Shown piece after piece: positions 1 to 9,358 of a DNA stretch of 45,586 bases. Positions within the stretch are counted from its first letter, which is position 1, and every line of letters starts with the position of its first letter. Source of the DNA: a virus. Taxonomy: Duplodnaviria > Heunggongvirae > Uroviricota > Caudoviricetes. A model generated the notes under the pieces. It searched no databases. It saw only the letters and a list, made by a program, of their open reading frames with translations, and was not told the DNA's origin. The stretch spans positions 1 through 45,586 of IMG/VR virus record IMGVR_UViG_2713896785_000028. One strand, written 5' to 3'. The position numbers and the translations under genes are program-made.

Positions 1-1236
1 CTACGGTAACCGCGCATTCAACATAGCTACCTGTTCGTCGTTCATGTCATCAATCCACATACCGTAAATTTCATACACCATCTGCGCAGTTTCATGCCCC
101 ATCTGGCTGGCTATAAATGCCGGGTTCGCTCCTGCCGTCAACAGCCAGCAGGCAAAAGTATGTCGCGTATGGTACGGATTACGGCGGCGAATACCAGCAC
201 GTTTTACAGCTGCATTCCATCTCGCTCCCAAACTGCTTACCGAGTAATAAGGTTTCTGTTTTCCGTTACACACCCTGGGCATGAAAACAAAATGCAGTTT
301 TTGCTTTTCAGTTCTGCCGTACTCCCGATGATAAAAAGTGATTTCGCTTTTGCGATGATGCCCGGTCAGTTTGTATTGCTCCTTCAGTGCTTCAAGAGCC
401 GGCTGCAGTAATGTTACCGTCCGGATCCCGGCATTTGTTTTTGGGGGACCGAACATATCAAGTATCGTCAGGTTTCTTCTGACATTCACAATTCCCTTCT
501 CGAAATCCACATCCTCCCATGCCAGAGCAGCCAGTTCCCCGTGACGAAGCCCGGAGTAAACGGCAAATTTCCACAAGTTCTGGCTCTGTCCTTTTTCACT
601 TTCCATTAATGCATTGAATTCTGTTTTAGATAACGGAGCAGGCTTTATTCTGTTTCGCTGTAATTTTTTTACTCCTTCAAATGGTTTGGTTGATATAAAT
701 CCCGACTGATACGCAAAACGTAACAACGAACAGAGCAGGGCGATATAGTTATCAACTGTGCGCACGGTTCTTCCTTTTTTGTTGGATCTTGGATTATCCA
801 GGTAAAGCGTTTCTCCATGCAGCAGTTCATTCCGGTAGTTTAAGATATCGCTATAACGAATATGTGATATTGGGGTACTCTCACAAATTATTATCCTGAG
901 TGTTTTTAATTGTGATTTCGTTTTCTTCATTGTGTTTGTTGTTAACTCTGTCTCTTTAATTTTTGTCCAGATATCACAAAGCTCCCCGAATGTTTTTATG
1001 ACCTTCGTTGTCACCATTTTTGCCCCAGTGCTGGACTGGGGAAAACGTCTTAAATACTCGAATTCGCCGGAATTGATTTCGTGAACTATCAACGCTCTTA
1101 AATTCCCGGCCTTTTTAATATTACTGTTAGTAACCTCCCAGCCTTTCAATGTTTCCCGACATCGTTTTCCTCGAAACATGAACCAGATGCGAATGTATTT
1201 TCCCCGAATCTCGACACCTGTTGGTAATTTAGACAT
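1..1236 (-). CDS. int: Phage integrase, tyrosine recombinase (Rac IntR-like)
   Basis: 411-aa ORF; C-terminal catalytic region typical of tyrosine recombinases (HTRHTFACWLL...GHETAQMVYEIYG); sits at the prophage edge next to an excisionase-like gene. Confidence 0.9.
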   Translation of the reverse strand: MSKLPTGVEIRGKYIRIWFMFRGKRCRETLKGWEVTNSNIKKAGNLRALIVHEINSGEFEYLRRFPQSSTGAKMVTTKVIKTFGELCDIWTKIKETELTTNTMKKTKSQLKTLRIIICESTPISHIRYSDILNYRNELLHGETLYLDNPRSNKKGRTVRTVDNYIALLCSLLRFAYQSGFISTKPFEGVKKLQRNRIKPAPLSKTEFNALMESEKGQSQNLWKFAVYSGLRHGELAALAWEDVDFEKGIVNVRRNLTILDMFGPPKTNAGIRTVTLLQPALEALKEQYKLTGHHRKSEITFYHREYGRTEKQKLHFVFMPRVCNGKQKPYYSVSSLGARWNAAVKRAGIRRRNPYHTRHTFACWLLTAGANPAFIASQMGHETAQMVYEIYGMWIDDMNDEQVAMLNARLP

Positions 1237-1237
1237 A

Positions 1238-1477
1238 TCATGAGTCTTTGATAAACTGATTTATCTTCGGATAGTTGTACCAGATAATCCCTCGCTTGCT
1301 GTCTGGCTTACCTAAAGGAGATACTCGTTTGAAGTGGAAGCCTTCCACCCAACAGTTCTGGCGGTATGCTTCAATTTGTCTGGCCCCCAGACCAGTACGA
1401 AGCATCAGACCGTATTCAACCATCCACTCTTCATTAAAGATCACTTGTGCCATCGCATCACCTCTGGCAGGCGCCAA
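1238..1477 (-). CDS. xis: Excisionase-like protein (Rac YdaQ/Xis-like)
   Basis: 79-aa ORF immediately upstream of int on the same strand, 1-nt spacing; size and position typical of a recombination directionality factor. Confidence 0.6.
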   Translation of the reverse strand: MAPARGDAMAQVIFNEEWMVEYGLMLRTGLGARQIEAYRQNCWVEGFHFKRVSPLGKPDSKRGIIWYNYPKINQFIKDS

Positions 1478-1552
1478 TGTTAGACTGAAATTGACGCCCG
1501 ATGTTGATTATTAATAATCAGCTATGAAGTTTTAATTTGAATACAATGCAAT

Positions 1553-1753
1553 TCACGAGGACTGAAGTTTCTCGCAATTAAAATTTATCAGTTTTACTTT
1601 CTGCTCTCTGGAAACGCCTGCTTCTTTTTTCCCTGAGAGCATTTTTTCGCATTCCGATTTGGTTAACTTTGTTTTTGAGTACCTTGTCCAGTTAGTAGGA
1701 GTGCCACCTTCCTTTTCAATAGTGGCGGTAATTTTATACATGAACACCTCCAT
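1553..1753 (-). CDS. Hypothetical small protein (Rac YdaC position)
   Basis: ORF in track 1553..1813; shortened to the internal ATG (MEVFMYK...) to limit overlap with the upstream gene; start uncertain. Confidence 0.4.
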   Translation of the reverse strand: MEVFMYKITATIEKEGGTPTNWTRYSKTKLTKSECEKMLSGKKEAGVSREQKVKLINFNCEKLQSS

Positions 1754-1928
1754 TATTATTTCCAGTGGTTCGTTTATTCCATCGTTCGAGTGCTTCTTTT
1801 TCACTTCCACCATAGCCGGTTCGGGATTCGCATCCGTTACACTTCGCGCGGTAATATCCTGAAATGGCTTTCACCGTTACTGATGGACAACCACAAAAAG
1901 GGCATGGTTTGACTTTTTCATACCGCAT
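1734..1928 (-). CDS. ralR: RalR/Lar-family restriction-alleviation protein and type I toxin (small Cys-rich DNase)
   Basis: 64-aa product from the internal ATG (MRYEKVKPCPFCGCPSV...CNGCESRTGYGG...), CPFCG/CNGC zinc-ribbon-like motifs; same position as lar/ralR in Rac, upstream of recT. Confidence 0.7.
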   Translation of the reverse strand: MRYEKVKPCPFCGCPSVTVKAISGYYRAKCNGCESRTGYGGSEKEALERWNKRTTGNNNGGVHV

Positions 1929-1991
1929 TGTTTTTTCTCTCATATAATAAAATTTTGTGATGGCGGTGAGGCTACACCGCCAAAGTCAATA

Positions 1992-3095
1992 TCAGGAGCC
2001 GATATATTCTGGTTTCATATCTGTCAGTGTCGTTTTATACGCCTCATATAATTCACCCAGATGTGGCCGGGCAGCATTCAGCGTATTTTCCAGAGCAGTA
2101 AATTTTTGTTCTGCTTCTGGATCACCTGATGAAGGAAGGTCATTTATCATCTTCTCGATACTGGCAATAGCATTGAGACGGTGATGACGCCGAACCACTT
2201 TTCCTTTAAGCTCGGCAAAGAATTCGCCGATCTGGTTTTTCTGATCCTCTATCTCTTGGCGTAATGCAGTGGTTTCCTCAGTCGTGGCCGCACTTTCGAC
2301 ACGCTGCCGGAATTCATCAATCCACGCTTCGTCAATACGCTGTTCGATGGTTTCTGTTCGCTGCTCGCTTACCTCGCTATAATTCTGTACCGGCACAGGA
2401 TTGATGATTTTTTCCTGTGGCTCTTCCAGTTCGTCCGGGGTATACACGCCCAGGATGACGTCAGGACAATAAAGGCGAGCCCAGTATTTCAACGCCAGAT
2501 AGGCGAGCTGTTGTTTCGGGTTTGAGGTCCATAAAGGAGAATTACGCGTAATCACGCTGGAAAGAAACACCGGTTCTCCCCAGGTAATCTCACTTTCACC
2601 GCGAAGAACTGCACCAACTCGAACTGAGAGACCATACTCATCTTCACTGGTCCAACATGGGATCGTTTCTTTTTTCTCATAGATTCCGCCTCCTTTGGCC
2701 GTTTTCTTAACGGTCTCCACTCGGGTGCGAGAGCATTTCTCCCAGTCTCCCTCGTACTTGTAATGGAAGCGGCCTACAATTGCACTTGAGCTAGAGATCA
2801 CAGCGTTAACCAGTTGTGCTTCATAACCCAGAACTCCGTTTACCAGGTGTGTTTTCTGAGCCACAGCGTAGGGGTTCATGCCCCATTGCATGGCTTGCAT
2901 GATGATTGCCATGCAGTCGGCAGGATTTCCGCGAAGGTGATCGGGAACTGTGACGGTGGCCTGTGACATCAACCCGGCTACTGCCTGAAGTTGTGTCAAC
3001 GCCTGAACGTTAAAAATAGTGTTACTGGCAGAAATGGTATTTGGTGTCTGCTCTGTCGTGATGATATTGGTATTTTGCATGGTCAGGTTCTCCAT
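1992..3095 (-). CDS. recT: RecT/Red-beta family single-strand annealing protein
   Basis: 367 aa; translationally coupled to the upstream exonuclease (ATG overlaps its stop); core resembles the annealase motif region (AxxIxQ..GMNP); alternative start at 3080 (MQNTN...) with a GGAGA RBS. Confidence 0.65.
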   Translation of the reverse strand: MENLTMQNTNIITTEQTPNTISASNTIFNVQALTQLQAVAGLMSQATVTVPDHLRGNPADCMAIIMQAMQWGMNPYAVAQKTHLVNGVLGYEAQLVNAVISSSSAIVGRFHYKYEGDWEKCSRTRVETVKKTAKGGGIYEKKETIPCWTSEDEYGLSVRVGAVLRGESEITWGEPVFLSSVITRNSPLWTSNPKQQLAYLALKYWARLYCPDVILGVYTPDELEEPQEKIINPVPVQNYSEVSEQRTETIEQRIDEAWIDEFRQRVESAATTEETTALRQEIEDQKNQIGEFFAELKGKVVRRHHRLNAIASIEKMINDLPSSGDPEAEQKFTALENTLNAARPHLGELYEAYKTTLTDMKPEYIGS

Positions 3096-6000
3096 TAAGC
3101 CAGATGCAGTGCTTCAAGACGACGAAGATCAAAGTCGTTTAATTCGTCGGTATAACTTTCGGTAATCGGTGCTGGCCAGTTGTTTGTCTCTAGGGCTTCG
3201 TTTATCTGGCGTAGCGTCCGGCGATATTCCTGTCGACCAAGTTCCAGGAGTTCCTGCGAGGCTTCCACGACAGCCACCCAGTGATAGCCAGCATCTTTGT
3301 TGACGAAGATCCAGAAAAATTTGTCCAGGTTTGCCACATCGCAATACATTGCGGCGCTGAGGTGATAATCATGCTCAATAATTTCACGGTGCAGGCGATC
3401 TTTAAGTCGTTCCTGCCGCACATAACCGAGGCTGACTGACTTCACGTCAGCGCAAATGCTTTCGTATGGCAGCCGGATTTCGATATCAGGACGGACCCTG
3501 ATTTCCAGCCCGGTTTCTTCATCAAACCCGAAATAGCTGATTTCAGATTTGCGATCCGGGTGGTTGAGTAGCCTTGCTGCATCAGTATTGTTTTGCATTG
3601 CAGCGTGAATATTTTTTGCCTGTTCATACATATCCGGACTGATAAACGTTTTCCCGGCGTTTTCTTCTTGCTGGCGTTTTTGCCAGTCCTCCAGTGTCAC
3701 CAGTTCCGGGCGAATTTTCCGTGCGATTTCGGTTAATTGCTCTTTTGTGCCACTGATGTTGTAAGGCAAAGATTTAGCACGTTCTTTTTTTGCCAGTTCT
3801 GGGTCTACAGTTTCAATTTGATCCAGAAGCTGCTCCCGTGCTCCACTGGTTTTCAACAGAGGAGGGAGGCTTGCGTTGTATTCTTTAATACAGGCTTTCA
3901 TTGCTGATGCTGTATGTTTTTCCCCCTCAGGAATACGCCGAAATTCCATCGGAAGCGAACCGTAAAGGATGCCTGTTTCTTCGGCCCCAGCACTTACAGA
4001 CAGTGGCTGTATAAGAGTGCTGTTGTAGCTTTCGATCCACTCTTTCATCTGCTCTGGTGTCATCAGTGCTGGCAGACTGGCATTGTGTTTTTTAATGATG
4101 GCGATCAGTTCGTTAGAAGTAGTAACCACATATTCAGGAACCGGTACCGGAATGGCATATTCATCAGCGAATTTATCCGTTTCCAGAACATAGCTGTGAA
4201 TGATCCGCCCACGCAGCAGTGCATCACTTTCCTCGTTCGGAATAGTTCCGGCAATGTGCCGCCCGTGGTAATACATCAGGCTGATACGGGCATCCTTCAG
4301 CATCGTGCTGCTTATTCCGTTGGCGGAGTGATAAACCTCGTTCGGGAGGTTTTCATAGCGGCCTGGCTCGAAATATGACGGCCACATGATTTCAGTTGCT
4401 ACAGGAGCTGACGCTTCACCAGTTTCATCACTGCAATCGTGATGCGGATGGTTGCCAGCGTTCTCCTTGTGCGGATGTTCAGCGCCTTCCATTTCCTCCG
4501 GATCATTTTCCTTAGCTTCAACCTGATTCTCTTTATCGAATGTTTCTTGGTATGTTGCGTCGCCCATTACCGCACCACAGTCAGGGCAGTTATCCCCGCC
4601 AGTCTGACCGCAGGCGGCGCAGACTTTTTCCGGTTCCTGTTGCGCATCTGGTTCATTTTGTCGCGCATTTTGGCCGTTTTGTTCCGATTTTCGGTCGTTC
4701 TGTTCCGTTTTTGGCTGATGCTGGTACACAGAATCGCGGGTCTGGATCCCCTTAACCCATTTCGGATCATTTGGGGCGCTAATCCCTTCAACAAATTCTC
4801 CGCGATAGGCAGCCAGTAATTTGTCTGCATCGACAGGATTTTTGGGCGGAATGTTTTTCCGGGCTTCATGGAGTTCTGCCCGCAGTTTCTGATATTTCGC
4901 ATCAACAGAATTTACCTGTGACTGAGCATCCAGCGGCTGCGTGTCCTGATGATGTTCAGTTGCATCCGGTTCCACTGTTTCAGCCGTTGCCTGTTCATCT
5001 GCCATTGCGCAAGATGGTTGCGGTTTTTCTTCATCATCCTGTTTTTCTTCTTCTGTTACACGCTGCGGCATCGGGGCAGAGGAGCGACCGCAGGCAATAT
5101 CCACGATTTCCGGATCAGGGTTGGCATGATCGGTTTCAGTCAGTACTTTGTTCAGATATTCAGTGACGTGCGCGGGGATGACCTCGATCCCAATTGGTGC
5201 TTCTTTCACGGACGCAACCACGATGGCGCGGGAATAATCCAGCCCGCCAGGCATGGTGATGAATTTGTCGCGGAAAACAGAAAAGGGCGGTTTATTTTCA
5301 GCGATAATTTCCTCAATGCGTTTAGCGTGTGCAGGATGAAGGTTATAGATGTCCACATCCATTGAACGGGCCAGTACGCCAGTGGCTACATCGCGCGCCA
5401 GTGACGTCAGATCGTGGACGAAACCTTCGCCGCGATCGGTGAGGTTCCCGCCGCCAGCATTAGCACCGGAAGCCGTGCGAGTGATGCGTGAAACACGATT
5501 CCCTTTTCGCCATTCTTTTGTCAGAAGACCGCGATCAATGTGTTCGGTATCCAGCCAGGCTGAAATGAAATTCTTAAATTCATAGGGCTGATGTTTTTTC
5601 GTGATAGAGAAAACTGCCTTAATTGCATCAGTCAGGCGGAGCAGGGCGGCATTATCCAGAGTTGTCGGTTCTGCCATGCCGCGTATGGCCAACAGCAGAT
5701 TCTGGACATAGCTGTTTTCCTGATCCATCTCAAGAGCAGTGATGTGTTCGCGTTGTTCACGGGTGGCATGATGCAGGTATTTCCGATCCCCGGCCGCATA
5801 CGTAAAAATGTGCAGAAGACGCTGTGTGAACCGCAAAGTGGCTACAGAGACTTCGCAATCCTGGCAATCCCCGTGGGCGTCTGCCTGCGCGTTTTCTTCC
5901 TGGCCCCCCGCCAGTTCTTTGGTTTCCTGAGCATTATCATGGTGGTGAACGTCGTCTGGCGCTGCTCCCGGTTTTAGTTCCCAGGTCATGGAGTCTTTGC

Positions 6001-6241
6001 TGAGTTGATAGCGTTCACTCCAGGTAAAATCGATCTCACCTTCAGGGGGAAGGTCATTAACGACAGGAAAATTCGTGGCAACAGCTTTAAAATAGCTGCT
6101 CAGTTTTTTACCTGACTTAACGATCAGGTAGTCCAGAGTGGCACAGGTCGATTCAAAATCGTCGCTTGCCCACAAGACGACGTCAGGTTCACCGGATGAT
6201 TTTTTCGCTTTCCGTAACAGGAAGAGTGGTTTTGTGCTCAT
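3095..6241 (-). CDS. recE: RecE-like exodeoxyribonuclease VIII
   Basis: 1048-aa ORF; N-terminus [26 protein letters not shown]... as recalled for Rac RecE; large acidic/His-rich linker containing a CxxC..CxxC motif; C-terminal nuclease region; recE-recT order. Confidence 0.8.
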   Translation of the reverse strand: MSTKPLFLLRKAKKSSGEPDVVLWASDDFESTCATLDYLIVKSGKKLSSYFKAVATNFPVVNDLPPEGEIDFTWSERYQLSKDSMTWELKPGAAPDDVHHHDNAQETKELAGGQEENAQADAHGDCQDCEVSVATLRFTQRLLHIFTYAAGDRKYLHHATREQREHITALEMDQENSYVQNLLLAIRGMAEPTTLDNAALLRLTDAIKAVFSITKKHQPYEFKNFISAWLDTEHIDRGLLTKEWRKGNRVSRITRTASGANAGGGNLTDRGEGFVHDLTSLARDVATGVLARSMDVDIYNLHPAHAKRIEEIIAENKPPFSVFRDKFITMPGGLDYSRAIVVASVKEAPIGIEVIPAHVTEYLNKVLTETDHANPDPEIVDIACGRSSAPMPQRVTEEEKQDDEEKPQPSCAMADEQATAETVEPDATEHHQDTQPLDAQSQVNSVDAKYQKLRAELHEARKNIPPKNPVDADKLLAAYRGEFVEGISAPNDPKWVKGIQTRDSVYQHQPKTEQNDRKSEQNGQNARQNEPDAQQEPEKVCAACGQTGGDNCPDCGAVMGDATYQETFDKENQVEAKENDPEEMEGAEHPHKENAGNHPHHDCSDETGEASAPVATEIMWPSYFEPGRYENLPNEVYHSANGISSTMLKDARISLMYYHGRHIAGTIPNEESDALLRGRIIHSYVLETDKFADEYAIPVPVPEYVVTTSNELIAIIKKHNASLPALMTPEQMKEWIESYNSTLIQPLSVSAGAEETGILYGSLPMEFRRIPEGEKHTASAMKACIKEYNASLPPLLKTSGAREQLLDQIETVDPELAKKERAKSLPYNISGTKEQLTEIARKIRPELVTLEDWQKRQQEENAGKTFISPDMYEQAKNIHAAMQNNTDAARLLNHPDRKSEISYFGFDEETGLEIRVRPDIEIRLPYESICADVKSVSLGYVRQERLKDRLHREIIEHDYHLSAAMYCDVANLDKFFWIFVNKDAGYHWVAVVEASQELLELGRQEYRRTLRQINEALETNNWPAPITESYTDELNDFDLRRLEALHLA

Positions 6242-6342
6242 TGTTTTTTAACCTCAACTCAGATTAAAATTCGTTTTGTTCAGTGAATGATCTTGCCGGA
6301 TACACACTGTTCATAGCCTGCGCCATACGCAGGCTATTTCTT

Positions 6343-6618
6343 TCAGATTTCACCGTTTAATTTCATTGCAATCAGAGTTGCCAGAAATCCGGTTTTTTTT
6401 TCTGCGGGCAGATTCTTTCCGATGTGAACCAGGCACATTTTTGTGACACCTTCATCAAGTGTTTTTACGTTGCCTGATGGACCGTCGATATCAACCACAG
6501 TGAATGGGGTTTCTTTATTTTCTGTTTTAATCACGTAGCCAATACGCTTTCCTTCCAGATTAACCTCGTGAACAATGTCATCGGTAGTTACAACAGTGGC
6601 TTCATAATTGGTAATCAT
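6343..6618 (-). CDS. racC: RacC-like small protein
   Basis: 91 aa from the internal ATG preceded by AAGGAGAAAAAC; position immediately upstream of recE as in Rac. Confidence 0.65.
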   Translation of the reverse strand: MITNYEATVVTTDDIVHEVNLEGKRIGYVIKTENKETPFTVVDIDGPSGNVKTLDEGVTKMCLVHIGKNLPAEKKTGFLATLIAMKLNGEI

Positions 6619-6692
6619 GTTTTTCTCCTTAATTAAGGTTGAGTGAATCCCTGCCATTGCTGGCATAAATTCAGTTTCGAATAGTCAGTTAA

Positions 6693-6869
6693 TTAAAGTT
6701 CGTGTGCCATCTGGTCTTTTTCGGCACATATTTCACTACAATATTTTTTCATTTCCGTCGTTGGGATAACTCCACGCATGAAATGAAGTGGTTTTGTAAT
6801 GCTTTTGCTTTTTTCAACTTCTTTATTGCAAAGGTGGTAAGCACATTTTATTTTCTTAGTCATCACCAT
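6693..6869 (-). CDS. ydaE: YdaE-like small Cys-rich protein
   Basis: Hand-translated 58-aa ORF below the track cutoff ([18 protein letters not shown]...[16 protein letters not shown]); coordinates approximate. Confidence 0.45.
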   Translation of the reverse strand: MVMTKKIKCAYHLCNKEVEKSKSITKPLHFMRGVIPTTEMKKYCSEICAEKDQMAHEL

Positions 6870-7084
6870 GACTCCGCCTTTACAGGTAAACCATCACGAC
6901 CGAGGAAGACTTTAATCATGCAGTCAGTAATGCATGTTTTTGTGGTCAGGTTACGAATATAAAGTTTTCGCTTTTTAATATTGTTTGCCGAGGCAATATA
7001 TGTCCGGCCTTCATGAAGAACATAATCGCCAGGAGTCACACACTGACGTGGTATTTCATCAGTTCCGAAGTGATGTGCAATCAT
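6863..7084 (-). CDS. kilR: KilR-like cell-division (FtsZ) inhibitor
   Basis: 73 aa from the internal ATG ([32 protein letters not shown]...), GGAGA RBS; matches the size and recalled sequence of Rac KilR. Confidence 0.7.
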   Translation of the reverse strand: MIAHHFGTDEIPRQCVTPGDYVLHEGRTYIASANNIKKRKLYIRNLTTKTCITDCMIKVFLGRDGLPVKAESW

Positions 7085-7495
7085 AATTATCTCCATTTTT
7101 ACAAATGAACTTTGTTGATGCGGTGCCTGGTGCCTCCAGGTGACGTTAACCAGTTAACAATTAACGCCGGATAATCCACCCATAACACTGATGCTTTTAA
7201 CTGTTCCGCGTGCGCTTAGCCGCATTCACCGCATCACAAAATTCACTTTAAAAAGGGGCGGACATCAGCCGAACTTCAAGAAAAAACTGATGCCGCCAAG
7301 ACTACACACAGCAATGTCGTTATTTACAACCGGAGGCGCACTCCCACCATTTAAATTTAACAGACAAAACCGACTCTTTATGGATATCGGAAATGCGCCT
7401 TCGTGTTGTGCCCGGTTTTATTTCACCACCTCCGGGCTTTGGTGGTTTCTGCTATACCCCTACAGCGAGAATATTGAATTAATCCAAATAATGGA

Positions 7496-7648
7496 TTAGC
7501 CAGTATTTCTGGCAAGCCAGCGACGTGCGCCCGTTTCAGTTTTGAATGTCTTGCTTTTGGTATAAGTCATGGCAGTGAACGTTCCATCTTGGTTGGGGAA
7601 CACGCCGCACCCCAGGGATTCGTTATTGCCGAGGTCGATTTTTTGCAT
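7496..7648 (-). CDS. ydaF: YdaF-like small protein
   Basis: Hand-translated 50-aa ORF (MQKIDLGNNESLGCGVFPNQDGTFTAMTYTKSKTFKTETGARRWLARNTG); Rac synteny. Confidence 0.5.
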   Translation of the reverse strand: MQKIDLGNNESLGCGVFPNQDGTFTAMTYTKSKTFKTETGARRWLARNTG

Positions 7649-7658
7649 TTTTCGCACC

Positions 7659-7793
7659 TCACATTTTGTTGTTGCGGATAGAGGCTTCTGCCTGCCAGAG
7701 ATCCCAGTCGTTGCTGCGTAAAGCCTGCACAGCCTGGTTGTAAGTGATACCGCAACAATCCATCAAATACTGAACTACTTCGTAATGCACCAT
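7659..7793 (-). CDS. ydaG: YdaG-like small protein
   Basis: Hand-translated 44-aa ORF (MVHYEVVQYLMDCCGITYNQAVQALRSNDWDLWQAEASIRNNKM); Rac synteny. Confidence 0.5.
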   Translation of the reverse strand: MVHYEVVQYLMDCCGITYNQAVQALRSNDWDLWQAEASIRNNKM

Positions 7794-7982
7794 CTTATCT
7801 CTCCCCTTAACGCCGGGTGGCGGAACTAAAACCTACAGCGCCGTGCTGCTTCTGCAATAATATTAGTTATATTCATATTGATGATCAACATAAATATGCA
7901 TTTTATTGATAAAAATGTACTATCCTAATGAAAATTTTAGTGTTTTTTTTTGATAAAAAAGTAAGGCGATGGGGGCGCAGGG

Positions 7983-8010
7983 GACAAAAAAACCGCCAGG
8001 GATGGCGGTT
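7983..8010 (-). terminator. Rho-independent terminator downstream of the repressor gene
   Basis: GC hairpin CCGCCAGGGATGGCGG flanked by an A-run on the plus strand (a T-run on the minus strand). Confidence 0.5.
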
Positions 8011-8030
8011 TAGTTACGAGGTAGTGGGGG

Positions 8031-8495
8031 CTATTTCTTCATGCGTTTCTGAGCTGCCAGCATATTTTCAAACGCTTCTTTGTAGAGTTCATTCTGGCCT
8101 TTAAGCCTTTCGATTAGTTTTGCTTTTTCTGATTCGGGGAGGATATCAAAAAGATCCAGTAAATCAGCTTGTTGCTTGTTAACCATCCGCCACCCTTCGC
8201 CTTCGAAACTTTCGTCATAAGTTCCAGAGGAACGGACGTAATTCATCAGATCAGCTAAATCAGGCCTCAAGTCTTCAGGCTTAACTCTTAGCAATACTGC
8301 GAATTTTAATGCCGCATCAGTGTTAAGTGGAGCCTTTCCGTTGAGATAGTGGCTAACCGTAGATTGCGTCTCAAAGCCCATTAGCTCGGCAGCAAGCTCC
8401 TGAGTCAATTTGAGCTCTCTTTTTTTTGCATCCCAGATTCCGCGTAGACGCTGCGTAGCTTCTGGCGATGCGATTTCTTCGCGTTTTCTTCTCAT
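8031..8495 (-). CDS. racR: Prophage repressor, XRE/CI-like HTH (RacR-like)
   Basis: 154 aa; HTH segment LTQELAAELMGFETQSTVSHYLNGK; divergently arranged with a Cro-like gene across a roughly 100-bp AT-rich intergenic region. Confidence 0.75.
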   Translation of the reverse strand: MRRKREEIASPEATQRLRGIWDAKKRELKLTQELAAELMGFETQSTVSHYLNGKAPLNTDAALKFAVLLRVKPEDLRPDLADLMNYVRSSGTYDESFEGEGWRMVNKQQADLLDLFDILPESEKAKLIERLKGQNELYKEAFENMLAAQKRMKK

Positions 8496-8599
8496 ACCAC
8501 CATCTTATGAACACAGCTCATAATCTCAAACTGATATAACTATTGATCATTTAAATTAGTATAGTTAATATTTTGGCAAACATTACTAAGGTGACCCTT
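8496..8599. promoter_or_regulatory. Divergent promoter/operator region of the immunity switch
   Basis: About 100-bp AT-rich spacer between divergent repressor and Cro-like genes; operator sites not resolved. Confidence 0.4.
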
Positions 8600-8875
8600 A
8601 TGACATTAGATGAATATTTGAAAAAAAATCGTGTACGACAGTCTTGTTTGGCCGCGCTGGCTGGTTGTTCGCAATCAATGATTAGCCTCGTTGCTACTGG
8701 ACGTAGTCAGTTAAGCCCTGAAAAGGTATTGCGTATCGCAGAGGCTACGAATTTCGAGGTTACACCTCATGAACTCCGGCCTGATATCTACCCGAATCCG
8801 ACCGATGGTTTACCTGTTGGATGTAAGGCTAACACACAAAATGCACAGGAGTTGATTCATGAAAATCAGGCATGA
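8600..8875 (+). CDS. ydaS: Cro-like HTH regulator (YdaS-like)
   Basis: 91 aa from the ATG preceded by TAAGGTGA; HTH (RQSCLAALAGCSQSMISLVATGR); divergent from the repressor. Confidence 0.7.
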   Translation: MTLDEYLKKNRVRQSCLAALAGCSQSMISLVATGRSQLSPEKVLRIAEATNFEVTPHELRPDIYPNPTDGLPVGCKANTQNAQELIHENQA

Positions 8876-9281
8876 GCACATCGAATCAGTGCTGTTAGCC
8901 CTGGCCGCTGAAAAAGGGCAGGCATGGGTAGCCAATGCAATTACTGAAGAATATCTGCGCCAGGGGGGCGGCGAATTGCCCCTGGTACCAGGCAAGGACT
9001 GGAATAATCAGCAGAACATCTATCACCGTTGGTTAAAAGGTGAAACGAAAGCGCAAAGGGAAAAAATTCAGACACTGATCCCTGCGGTTCTGGCAATTCT
9101 TCCGCGCGAGCTGCGTCACCGACTCTGCATCTTCGATACCCTGGAACGCCGTGCATTGCTGGCGGCGCAGGAAGCGTTGAGTACGGCAATTGATGCGCAT
9201 GATGATGCAGTCCAGGCCGTTTACCGGAAAGCACATTTCAGCGGTGGTGGGTCGCCCGGTGATTCTGTCGTAGTGCATTGA
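8859..9281 (+). CDS. ydaT: YdaT-like protein (CII-like or toxic regulator)
   Basis: 140 aa, overlaps the ydaS stop by 17 nt; Rac synteny and size. Confidence 0.6.
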   Translation: MKIRHEHIESVLLALAAEKGQAWVANAITEEYLRQGGGELPLVPGKDWNNQQNIYHRWLKGETKAQREKIQTLIPAVLAILPRELRHRLCIFDTLERRALLAAQEALSTAIDAHDDAVQAVYRKAHFSGGGSPGDSVVVH

Positions 9282-9325
9282 TTGAAATTAATCGTGCCGG
9301 ATTGTTTTGTTCGGTATCAGTTAAA

Positions 9326-9346
9326 TGTAACGCTGCGAGCGTTACA
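9326..9346. repeat. Perfect 21-bp palindrome TGTAACGC-N5-GCGTTACA, copy 1, just upstream of ydaU
   Basis: Read directly from the sequence; the right half is the exact reverse complement of the left. Confidence 0.7.
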
Positions 9347-9358
9347 AGGTGAAAACAA

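Noticed and set aside
1-60. Attachment site (attL/attR) at the integrase-proximal end
   Set aside because: The window starts exactly at the int stop codon, so the att core and host flank cannot be assessed
3914-5977. Several 70-150-aa plus-strand ORFs inside the recE region
   Set aside because: Fully embedded antisense to the long RecE-like ORF, with low-complexity translations from the acidic linker; treated as chance ORFs
7191-7499. Plus-strand 102-aa ORF between kilR and ydaF where Rac carries sieB
   Set aside because: No RBS, odd composition, wrong strand for the early-left operon, and not membrane-protein-like as SieB would be; a sieB equivalent appears to be absent
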